Source: Coriobacteriia bacterium
GTDB lineage: Bacteria; Actinomycetota; Coriobacteriia; Coriobacteriales; QAMH01
Reading direction: 5' to 3'
NCBI GenBank assembly: GCA_900756605.1
Contig: CAAEKX010000290.1
Location: 1-29,600 of the forward strand
DNA: 29,600 nucleotides
The notes under the pieces are model-generated. The model was given only the letters and a program-made list of their open reading frames with translations. It searched no databases and had not been told where the DNA came from. Positions 18,795 to 27,221 of the stretch are shown here, in pieces. Position 1 is the stretch's first letter, and each line of letters opens with the position of its first letter. Position numbers and translations under genes: made by a program.

Positions 18795-19062
18795 CCTCAA
18801 GGGTCTGTCCCCTTATTGCCAGGGGTTTGTCCCCTTATAACCATGAAATATCTCTGAACAGGTCATATGCATATTTGTTCATATAACATTTGCTCATTTG
18901 TAATATATGAATGGATAGGTTTTCCCATGCGGTGAGGACCTTTCCGAGAACCGCCGCATGCGTCCGCGGACCTCTGCGTACGAGGCGCATCTCCAGGGTG
19001 ATGCTCGTGCGTCCCAGCGCCTCTCCGCACACTCTCATTCGCTATCGAGCACGCTGCAAATT

Positions 19063-19110
19063 GAGGCGCGGACGCAACGCGAAAGTGTTCGTCTGGCGCC
19101 TCGCTTTTTG
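19063..19110 (+). terminator. Long GC-rich hairpin with GAAA tetraloop followed by a T-tract (terminator or structured RNA 3' end)
   Basis: GAGGCGC/GCGCCTC, GGACG/CGTCT and AACGC-GAAA-GTGTT pair, with G-U wobbles favouring the + strand; TTTTT at 19105-19109. Confidence 0.4.
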
Positions 19111-19599
19111 GGGGTTCCGCGCTTTGTTCCGCGCCTCCGAAACGTGTCTTCCGCGCTTCGCCTTGCACCCTGATTCTGAGGATTCCGGATTGACTCCGTT
19201 CTTTGTCTGGTCACTCCTCCGGATTTGAGGATGTTAGCTCCGATTCGAGACCAGAATCGGTCCGATTTTGTTCCAAAATCGCTCTTGTTTCGCTCGCCAA
19301 AGTGTCCTTCTTACTGGTACCTGCTCCTGCGTCAAATTGAGGCTGGATTTGCGTGCGAAAAGAGAGTTTTCCACAACACCTTTTAGACGCAGATTTCTCC
19401 CCAAGCGGGGCCTGCTTTCTCCTGTTTTTCGCCCCTCTTTCTCCTCCTGAATCGGCCTTCGAAATATGCTCGGATTCGTTCACATGAAGCCAAAACCACC
19501 CCTCGTAGGCCATGCAGCGGTATCATGTGAGCTGTACAGGCCCGTACTTTGCGGAGCATGTGCATGGCATATTTCGACAAAACCGCAGGTGAACAGCCT

Positions 19600-20598
19600 A
19601 TGACACAAATCAGTGAGGCAGAGCGCATTGTCAGGCTCATGCTCTTCATACGCGAAAACGGTCCGATCGACCTCGCTGGCATCCGGCGTGCCCTCCCTTA
19701 TGAATACGGCAAAGCCGCCGGTAGCGAGGATTCCACGCGTCGTCGTTTCGAGCGTGACAAGAAGACGTTGCAAGACAGTGGTGTCTTCCTTACCGTTGAC
19801 GACCGGCAGCGATACGCGCTTGATGCCGCTAGAACGCTTGCCGCACCCCTCGTCCTCACAAAACCGCAGGTCAGCCTTCTACGTTTGCTTTGCGGAGCCT
19901 TGCTGAATGACGAGGACTACCCGTTCAAGGAGGAGCTGCGCATGGTGCTCGTCAAGCTTGGCGACGAGCTTGAGATTCCCGACATGCTTCCGCAGCTCGC
20001 TGACGGGAGCAGCAGCGCTCCATCACGCAACCCGCAGGGATTTGCCAAGGTCAAGAAGGCCATCACGACGCGCAAGCGTCTCAGTTTCGCGTACACGAAC
20101 ACTGCGGGAACACAATCGCAACGTACGGTCGAACCCCTGGGCTGCTTCTTTCTAAAAGGTTCCTGCTACGTTGCCGCATATGACCCCAGCATTGGCTCTG
20201 ACCGGCTGTTTCGCCTCGACCGTATGAGCAAGTTGCGCGTCAACGGCACCAATCCCAAGTCCCCTGACTTCGAGGAACGCCCCTTTGACGCCACCGACTT
20301 CTACGGCCTGCCCTTCCAGTTCGGGGACGATCAGTTTGTGGCCCGCATCTGCGTCAAGGAGCCTGCGCTGCAGACGTTTTCCCAGCTCACAATGGGTATT
20401 GGCACGCTCGAACAGGACAATGACGACCATGCCATGTGGACGGTGAACTGCCGCAACGCACACGCCCTGGCCCAGTGGTGCATCGAAAATGGCCCCGGTT
20501 TACATATCGAAGAACCAGAATCCGCACGTCAGGCGTATATCGACGGCCTCAAGGCCTACCTCAGCGCCGCCCGCGAGGAGGTGCATCATGAAGGATAA
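19600..20598 (+). CDS. pafB: PafB-like HTH-WYL-WCX transcriptional regulator
   Basis: N-terminal ERIVRLML...RRRFERDKKTL matches PafB. WYL core FAY...RTVEPLG...YVAAYD...RLFRLDRM. ATG at 19600 follows AGGTGA (the track ORF starts at 19549). Confidence 0.82.
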   Translation: MTQISEAERIVRLMLFIRENGPIDLAGIRRALPYEYGKAAGSEDSTRRRFERDKKTLQDSGVFLTVDDRQRYALDAARTLAAPLVLTKPQVSLLRLLCGALLNDEDYPFKEELRMVLVKLGDELEIPDMLPQLADGSSSAPSRNPQGFAKVKKAITTRKRLSFAYTNTAGTQSQRTVEPLGCFFLKGSCYVAAYDPSIGSDRLFRLDRMSKLRVNGTNPKSPDFEERPFDATDFYGLPFQFGDDQFVARICVKEPALQTFSQLTMGIGTLEQDNDDHAMWTVNCRNAHALAQWCIENGPGLHIEEPESARQAYIDGLKAYLSAAREEVHHEG

Positions 20599-21505
20599 GC
20601 AGCTGCTCCTTGCAATCATGGCCCAGCTCGAGCGCGAGAAAATCGTGTCGATTCCCCAGCTTGCGGTGCTTCTCGGCGTCGACGAGCAGAGCGTTTACGA
20701 TGCGCTCGAGACCCTCGTCTTCGCCTATGACGCAGCATCAATACGCCTTGACCTGCACGATTCGTACGCGACGCTCCAAACCTACGGCACCGATCGCCTC
20801 CTGCGACTGACCGCGCCCGAGGCTGACGCCCTCGTCGATGCGCTCACGGCGGCGGGCTTTTCGCCCGATGACGAGCTTGTAACCGCGCTCCTGCGCACCA
20901 AAACCGTGCTGGGAGGCCCTGAGAGCGCTTCTAAGCCCCGTTTGAGGGTCGTGACGGAGTCTGCATACCCGGACGTTGCTCAAACGCTTGCAGCGGCCTG
21001 TGAGGACCTCGAGCACCACGTCCTTGAGATCAGCTACCGCGGCACGGACGACGAAACGCCATTGACCAGGCACGTTGAACCCCTGCGCATCTTCTCGGAA
21101 GACAGCCATCGCTACCTGCAGGCATATTGCCGCACGTCAGAAGGCTGGCGCTCGTTCAGAATCGACCGCATCTCGCATGCGCAAGCACTCAACGAGTGCT
21201 TTTCTCCCCGCTCAGAGGCTCCTCGCCCCTCCATCGCCCTCGACGCGAGCTCACGTGCGCAGCTGCTGCTCAGCGCAGATTGTCCGCTGCCCGCTTGGCG
21301 CAACCTCAAGGTCACGGCCACGAATGCCGACGGTTCGCGCACGGTAAGCATTCCCTGGACAGGCAGCTCGTGGCTACCCAAACACGTCGTCGCGCTCATG
21401 GGCAAGGCTCTTGTGCTCAAGCCGCAGTCGCTTGTCAACGCCTGCATGGAGTACGCGGAAAACCTCCTTCAAGCGGGAAGTATGCACGATCTTTCAGATG
21501 AGTAA
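20588..21505 (+). CDS. pafC: PafC-like WYL domain regulator
   Basis: ATG at 20588 after GAGGAGG, overlapping the pafB-like stop. WYL core ISY...RHVEPLRI...YLQAYC...RSFRIDRI, C-terminal WCX-like VLKPQSL. Confidence 0.78.
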   Translation: MKDKQLLLAIMAQLEREKIVSIPQLAVLLGVDEQSVYDALETLVFAYDAASIRLDLHDSYATLQTYGTDRLLRLTAPEADALVDALTAAGFSPDDELVTALLRTKTVLGGPESASKPRLRVVTESAYPDVAQTLAAACEDLEHHVLEISYRGTDDETPLTRHVEPLRIFSEDSHRYLQAYCRTSEGWRSFRIDRISHAQALNECFSPRSEAPRPSIALDASSRAQLLLSADCPLPAWRNLKVTATNADGSRTVSIPWTGSSWLPKHVVALMGKALVLKPQSLVNACMEYAENLLQAGSMHDLSDE

Positions 21506-21509
21506 ACGC

Positions 21510-22829
21510 CTATTTGATGGGCACGCCGGCGCCGAAGAGCAGCTCGCGCTCCTCGCCCGGCAGGCACGCACGCGCATCATCGCGCACGCCGTTTACGCCG
21601 ATGAAGAACTGCCTCATCATCGCAACCATCATGTAGCGGCCCTTCGGGGTCAGCGTGATCTGCTCGTCGTCATCGATGTCGATGGCGCCGCTCGCCTTGA
21701 AAAACGCGTATTCCGCAGGTAAACCAGCTGCGACGCTGCAACCAAAGTCCCGCTCCCACGCCTTCTTGTCGAGACGCAGGCCGAAGAGCTGCATCATGAA
21801 GCGGTAGCGCATGTGGTCGCGCTTGCTGAAGGTCGTCATGCGCGAAACAGACAGCCTACCGGCCTCGATACGCTCGTCGTACTCCCTGATGCTGAACGTG
21901 TTCACGAACAGTTTGCTGTCGAGGAAGCTCATGCCACCACTGCCAAGAGCGGGGTATTCCTCGTAATCGATGATGTACTCGTCGATCATGGAGCTTGCGG
22001 CATCGTTGAAGGTCCAGGCATCACCAAAGGTAAAGGCAGGGTTATCGCCCCCGGTCAGAGCCTCGCAAATGATGTCGTAGAACGCCTTTTCACGAGCGTA
22101 GTCCACTTTGCCCACGGTCGCTGCCAGCGACTTCTCGACAGCCGGAGAGGCCATCAGGGGATAGAACGTGGCCTGGTTTGTATGCGATTCGAGGATGACT
22201 GCGACATCATTGATGAGCATTTCCTCGTTCTGAGCCGGAAAATTGAAGATCATATCGACATTCAGCGATTTGAACACATTTGCATCTGCAACATCGATGA
22301 TTCTGTTGAGGATTTGCTCCGCACTTCCGTACTTGTCATACCTGTCCATTTGTTTAAGTAAACCATCGTCGAAACTTTGGACGCCTACGGACAGCCTCTG
22401 CACGACCCCGTCGAGTTTTTCGATGTACTCGGGAAGCAAATGATTGGGATTCGTCTCGCTCGACACGTCAGTGATCGAGAACATGTCGCGTGCCTTGTTG
22501 ATGGTCGCAACGAGCTCGTCAATGAGAATCGTCGGCGTGCCACCACCTACATACAGCGAATCGAAGTCGTACCCGAGGCGCGCGACCATGTCCATCTCGG
22601 TGCGCAGGTTCTCGAAGTACTTGCGGGCCTTGCCCTCTTCAAACGGGAACCTGTTAAAAGAGCAGTAGGGGCACAGGCGTTCGCAGAAGGGGATGTGCAT
22701 GTACAGCATGTAGCGCTTGCCTGGCTTGGGTGCCGGCAGCGTCTGGTGTGCCTCGTCGAGCGGTTTGAGGTTCAGGTAATGGCCGTTCATCGTGCGTACG
22801 GCCTGTGAGAGCACGCGTTCGGTAAGCAC
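21510..22829 (-). CDS. menK: HemN-like class C radical SAM enzyme, probable menaquinone C8-methyltransferase (MenK/MqnK family)
   Basis: YMHIPFCERLCPYCSF (CxxxCxxC), YVGGGTPT, RLSVGVQSF, QATFYPLM (QxTxYPLM motif of MenK/MqnK) and C-terminal MRQFFIGVNGVRD. GTG start after GAGGTG. Confidence 0.72.
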   Translation of the reverse strand: MLTERVLSQAVRTMNGHYLNLKPLDEAHQTLPAPKPGKRYMLYMHIPFCERLCPYCSFNRFPFEEGKARKYFENLRTEMDMVARLGYDFDSLYVGGGTPTILIDELVATINKARDMFSITDVSSETNPNHLLPEYIEKLDGVVQRLSVGVQSFDDGLLKQMDRYDKYGSAEQILNRIIDVADANVFKSLNVDMIFNFPAQNEEMLINDVAVILESHTNQATFYPLMASPAVEKSLAATVGKVDYAREKAFYDIICEALTGGDNPAFTFGDAWTFNDAASSMIDEYIIDYEEYPALGSGGMSFLDSKLFVNTFSIREYDERIEAGRLSVSRMTTFSKRDHMRYRFMMQLFGLRLDKKAWERDFGCSVAAGLPAEYAFFKASGAIDIDDDEQITLTPKGRYMMVAMMRQFFIGVNGVRDDARACLPGEERELLFGAGVPIK

Positions 22830-22841
22830 GGGTCACCTCGC

Positions 22842-23486
22842 CTAACGTAGAAAGATAAAGCTGACAATCGAGAAGATGACAAGGAAGACGACGATGAAGA
22901 GCCCGACATAACAGCCCTTGTTGCCTTCGGCGGCAGCATAGGCCATGTTCTCGGTCATCGTGCGTCTGGTCTTGTAATACGCCCTCCCCTTCTCGAGCTT
23001 GGGCAGTTTCTGCAACTTGATTTCGTTGCTCTGACCGGCACTTTCGATGACGTGCTCGACCTCCTTGGGCGAAAGGTCGATGACAGGGCGCTCGCCTTTG
23101 GCCATGTGCTTGGCGAGCATGCCGATAAATGGGTCGATAGCGGTGGCAACGTCGGGTTGGTAGCAAATGACCGCAACCTCAACCTGGGTAACATCACTGA
23201 TCTTGTCGATGATGACCGCACTCGCAAAGGCCCGGCAAATCCAGCCCTCGTCGAGAAGCTTGCTCACCCTGTTAAAGACCTTGTCCGGCAGAAAACCCAT
23301 CGCCACGTCACCGCGGCTCAACAGGATACGCGGTACTTCCTTGCCCTTCTCGGTAACATGAATCTCCTTGGTCACCGTGAGCTCGGCAGCAATGACAACG
23401 GCGTTTGGGTTTACGATAACGCACGAATCACCACTTGCCTCGTCAAGGCGACAGTATGTTGCGTAGTAGATTTCGGGTTCAGACAT
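22842..23486 (-). CDS. Hypothetical protein (214 aa) with a C-terminal transmembrane helix
   Basis: ATG at 23486 after GGAGG (MSEPEIYY...); ends with hydrophobic GLFIVVFLVIFSIVSFIFLR. The track extension to 24206 is antisense to dinG. Confidence 0.75.
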   Translation of the reverse strand: MSEPEIYYATYCRLDEASGDSCVIVNPNAVVIAAELTVTKEIHVTEKGKEVPRILLSRGDVAMGFLPDKVFNRVSKLLDEGWICRAFASAVIIDKISDVTQVEVAVICYQPDVATAIDPFIGMLAKHMAKGERPVIDLSPKEVEHVIESAGQSNEIKLQKLPKLEKGRAYYKTRRTMTENMAYAAAEGNKGCYVGLFIVVFLVIFSIVSFIFLR

Positions 23487-23536
23487 GCTCGTCCTCCAGT
23501 CGACTGCTGGCAAGTATACCGATTTGACCGCGTGTT

Positions 23537-23559
23537 TTGTCTCTACAACATGATAGGCT
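23537..23559 (+). promoter_or_regulatory. Putative leaderless promoter of dinG: TTGTC-N12-TAGGCT with TGn extension
   Basis: TG-A-TAGGCT at 23551-23559 ends 6 nt before ATG 23566 with no SD. TGTC at 23538-23541 is 12 nt upstream of the -10, the spacing of the mycobacterial PafBC/RecA-NDp motif. Confidence 0.5.
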
Positions 23560-23565
23560 TTGAAC

Positions 23566-26475
23566 ATGGTTGTTTCACGTGAAATACGACTAAACGAATT
23601 CCTCATTGCGGGTACGGATGACGATGTCTCCAACATGTACCGGCAGCTCCCCGAGCGCGCTCGTGAGCTACAGTTCGGCCTCATCGAGGACGAGGTCGTC
23701 GTGCTCGACACCGAGACCACGGGGCTCAATCCCTCCAGCTGCTCGTTGCTCGAAATCGCCGCCATCCGCATGCGCGGGGGCGAGACCATCGGCACGTTCC
23801 AGACTTTCGTAGACCCGGGACACGCCATTCCATCCGAAATCACCGAGCTCACGGGCATCACCCAGGCAGACATCGCCGGTGCCCCCACCCCGCGCGAAGC
23901 CGTCGAGGCACTCGCCGAGTTTGCGGGCGACTGCAACCTCGTCGCGCACAATGCGAGCTTCGACCAGCAATTCATCATGCGCCAGGCCAATCCTGGCGAG
24001 CTTCCCGGGCAATGGATCGACACGCTGTCGCTGTCGCAAATCGTCTTGCCACGCCTCAAATCGCATCGGCTTCTCGATCTTGCTGCCGCATTCGGCCTGT
24101 CAACGCCCACCCACCGCGCGATGGACGACACCGTTGCGCTCGGCGCCCTATGGCGCATACTCCTCGCAGGCATCCAGGCGATGACCCCTGGCCTTGCGGC
24201 CCGCATCGCGGAGCTTTCACCACAGACCGACTGGCCATTGCGCCCCTATTTCGCGCAGGCCGCCCTCGAGCACCCTGGCGTCGACTTCTCGCTACGACGC
24301 AACCGTACCGAACGCACGCAGGGCACGTCGCTACCCCCACGCCCCGATGCCGACGACATCCCGCTCTCGTTCTGTGACGAGAGTCGTATCGATGAGGCCT
24401 TCTCCCCCACCGGCGCTTTGGGTTCGATGTATCCCGACTACGAGGAGCGCCAAGAGCAGCTCGGCATGGCACATGAGGTTGCCGCATGCCTGCGCGAGGG
24501 CGACATTCGCGTCATCGAAGCAGGTACGGGCGTTGGAAAATCAATGGCCTACCTGGTACCTGTCGCTTTTGGTGCTCACGAGAACAAGGTCACCATGGGA
24601 GTCGCGACGAAGACCAACGCACTCATGGACCAGCTCGTCTACCACGAGCTGCCACGCCTCAACAGCGCGCTCGGACAAGAGCTCTCCTATATCGCGCTCA
24701 AGGGCTACGACCACTACCTCTGCCTGCGCAAGCTCGAGCACATGGCACGCGCAGACCAAGGCGACAGCTGCGACGTCATCAGCATGATCGCCACACTCCT
24801 CAACTTCACGGCGCAAACGAGCCACGGTGATCTCGACGCGCTAAATATTAGTTGGGTGCGCTTACCACGCGGCGATATCCAGGCAAACGCCAACGACTGC
24901 CTCAAGAAACGCTGCCCGTACTTCCCGCGACGTTGCTTCCTGCACGGGGCACGTCGCGCAGCCACCAGCGCCGACATCGTCATCACCAACCACGCGCTGC
25001 TGTTCCGCGACATGCAGGCCGACAACGGCATTCTACCCCCCATCAGGCACTGGATCATCGACGAGGCACATGGTGTTGAGGGCGAAGCACGTCGCCAGCT
25101 CTCGAGTTCGATTACCTCGCGCGAGCTCGACATCATGCTGGGCCACCTCTCAAACCCGAAGAGCGGCATCATGGCGCGCGTGCGCAAGCGTGCCGACAAG
25201 CTCGAGGGCGGCGACATGCTCTACGGCGTAACGGCCGACATCGAAAACCGTATCGGCCAGATTCAACTGGTGGCTGCAGAGTTCTTCACGGCACTTACCG
25301 AGCTCCCCTCCCCCAACGCGCGTGACAGGGGCAGCTACAACATTGTCACCGTTTGGATTAGCGACGAGATGCGGCAAGGGCACACCTGGCGCGAGCTTTG
25401 CGTGCCGGGCACCAAGCTCGCCGATTTGCTCTGGGGTCTCAACGGACGTCTTGCCGACCTCATCTCCATGCTCGAGCAGTTCGAGGGTGAGTTCGTCAAC
25501 CAGCTCGCCGAGCTCTCGGGCATCACGGCCAACGTCAAAGGCGCCGTCGATGCCCTGCGCCTCATCCTCGACGGCACGGACGAGCGCTACGTCACCTCGC
25601 TGCAGATCGACCGTAACCCGCGCTACCCCATGCAAGCCCTCGAGGCCATGCGCCTCGACATCGGCGAGTCCCTGGCCACCGACCTCTACCCGCAAACCCG
25701 CAGCCTCGTCTTCACCTCGGCCACCCTCGCCACCGCCGAGCGCGAACCCTTCGCGCACTTCCTGCGTGCAACGGGGCTCGATCGCGTGACGGACAAACCT
25801 GTCTACACAAGCATCTTTGCGTCGGGGTACGACTACGACCACAACATGTCCGTGCTGCTGCCAAGCGACATGCCCGAGCCCAACGCGCCGGATTATCACG
25901 AGGCCTTCGCGCAACTGCTCTATGAGGTCCATGTTGCAATGGGCGGCTCGGTGCTCACGCTCTTCACCAACCGCCGCGAGATGGAGAGCTTCTATCGTGA
26001 ACTCAAGCCGCGGCTCGCCAACGAGGGCATCGATCTCATCGCGCAGACGCGTGGCACGAGTACGAAGTCACTGCGTGACAGGTTCCTGTCGGACAGGAGC
26101 CTGTCTATGTTCGCGCTCAAATCCTTCTGGGAGGGCTTCGACGCTCCGGGCGACACCCTGCGTTGCGTCATCATCGCGCGGCTTCCCTTCAGCCGTCCCG
26201 ACGACCCCATCGCCCGTGAGCGCGAGGCGCGTGATGGACGCGCGGCCTGGGGACGCTATTCGCTGCCCGAGGCCGTAATGGACCTCAAGCAGGCAGCTGG
26301 CCGTCTCATCCGCAACTCGACAGACAGCGGCTGGCTTGTGCTCGCAGACGCACGCCTACAGACCAAAAACTACGCGAAGTCCTTCCTGCGCGCCATGCCG
26401 ACGCAGGATATCCGAACCCTTACTATTAGTGAGATTGCGCGTCTCATGGAGACGCAGGAACCAGGTAGCGTCTAA
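23566..26475 (+). CDS. dinG: DnaQ-like 3'-5' exonuclease / DinG family Fe-S helicase fusion
   Basis: DEDDh motifs VLDTETTG, AHNASFD, HRAMDD. Walker A EAGTGVGKS, Fe-S cysteines YLC...CLKKRCPYFPRRC, IIDEAH, TSATL, FWEGFD, QAAGRLIR. Confidence 0.92.
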   Translation: MVVSREIRLNEFLIAGTDDDVSNMYRQLPERARELQFGLIEDEVVVLDTETTGLNPSSCSLLEIAAIRMRGGETIGTFQTFVDPGHAIPSEITELTGITQADIAGAPTPREAVEALAEFAGDCNLVAHNASFDQQFIMRQANPGELPGQWIDTLSLSQIVLPRLKSHRLLDLAAAFGLSTPTHRAMDDTVALGALWRILLAGIQAMTPGLAARIAELSPQTDWPLRPYFAQAALEHPGVDFSLRRNRTERTQGTSLPPRPDADDIPLSFCDESRIDEAFSPTGALGSMYPDYEERQEQLGMAHEVAACLREGDIRVIEAGTGVGKSMAYLVPVAFGAHENKVTMGVATKTNALMDQLVYHELPRLNSALGQELSYIALKGYDHYLCLRKLEHMARADQGDSCDVISMIATLLNFTAQTSHGDLDALNISWVRLPRGDIQANANDCLKKRCPYFPRRCFLHGARRAATSADIVITNHALLFRDMQADNGILPPIRHWIIDEAHGVEGEARRQLSSSITSRELDIMLGHLSNPKSGIMARVRKRADKLEGGDMLYGVTADIENRIGQIQLVAAEFFTALTELPSPNARDRGSYNIVTVWISDEMRQGHTWRELCVPGTKLADLLWGLNGRLADLISMLEQFEGEFVNQLAELSGITANVKGAVDALRLILDGTDERYVTSLQIDRNPRYPMQALEAMRLDIGESLATDLYPQTRSLVFTSATLATAEREPFAHFLRATGLDRVTDKPVYTSIFASGYDYDHNMSVLLPSDMPEPNAPDYHEAFAQLLYEVHVAMGGSVLTLFTNRREMESFYRELKPRLANEGIDLIAQTRGTSTKSLRDRFLSDRSLSMFALKSFWEGFDAPGDTLRCVIIARLPFSRPDDPIAREREARDGRAAWGRYSLPEAVMDLKQAAGRLIRNSTDSGWLVLADARLQTKNYAKSFLRAMPTQDIRTLTISEIARLMETQEPGSV

Positions 26476-26490
26476 AACCGCTGGTAGGAG

Positions 26491-27015
26491 CTAGTCCTTG
26501 CCGCCACTGTGCGTGACGAAGTCCTCGGGATTGATGTGCTCGATGAACTTATCGAATTCCTCGAGCTCGATTTGCTCGTCCTGACCAGGCGTAAGCGCGC
26601 GCGGACAAGCGGCAGATCGCATGACGTCTTCCTCGACGAACAAGGGCGCATTTGCGCGAGCGGCCAGGGCGATTGCATCGCTCGGGCGCGCATCGACGCG
26701 CGTAAACATCCCGTTTGCACAACGCAAATATATAGTGGCGTAGAAGGTCGTCCCCTCGACGCGGTCGATAACGACGCGGCTGATGTTGCCACCGAGCGAG
26801 CCGACCAAATCAATGGTGAGCGCGTGCGTGATGGGCCTCTCCGTCGCATTGCCCTCAAGAGCTGCGGCGATGGCCGTTGCCTCCATGGTGCCAATCCAGA
26901 TGGGAAGCACAAGATCCTCGGGGATGTCTTCGCGATGCTCCGCAACACGCAGCGTGATGATGGAGGGCATGGGAAGGAGGCCGATTACCAGCGATTCGAC
27001 ATTTACGAGTACCAT
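26491..27015 (-). CDS. Bifunctional nuclease family protein (DUF151/BFN)
   Basis: LPIWIG..EA.AI, ERPITHAL, FYATI, DARPSDAIALA; ATG at 27015 after GGGAGG. Confidence 0.88.
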   Translation of the reverse strand: MVLVNVESLVIGLLPMPSIITLRVAEHREDIPEDLVLPIWIGTMEATAIAAALEGNATERPITHALTIDLVGSLGGNISRVVIDRVEGTTFYATIYLRCANGMFTRVDARPSDAIALAARANAPLFVEEDVMRSAACPRALTPGQDEQIELEEFDKFIEHINPEDFVTHSGGKD

Positions 27016-27221
27016 TGCGCACCTCCCTTCGGGCATAACCTCATTATAGACAACTTACCGCAGTAACCATAACCGTTCGCCCGGCCCTCCACAAGAAACT
27101 TGGACGGCGCGTGGTCGTTTCGTTTCCACGCCGTCATCTCGACCGAAGCGGCTGCAGACGCGCCCCACACAAGCGTGCCTGGCACGTTGTCTCATAAGCT
27201 CGCCACATCCTGTCACTTGAC

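Noticed and set aside
18398..19375. Two TTTTCCACA DnaA-box-like matches (~18398 and ~19367) suggesting an origin
   Set aside because: Only two distant boxes and no dnaA/dnaN or rep context.
18012..19513. Short ORFs in the intergenic region
   Set aside because: No RBS, recognisable motif or coding-like composition; they overlap palindromes and repeats.
17942..19599. CRISPR array or defence locus next to the WYL genes
   Set aside because: No regularly spaced repeat-spacer units and no cas or defence genes; the WYL pair is PafBC-like.
23487..24206. N-terminal extension of the 454-aa minus ORF
   Set aside because: Antisense to the dinG exonuclease domain; a good RBS and ATG exist at 23486.
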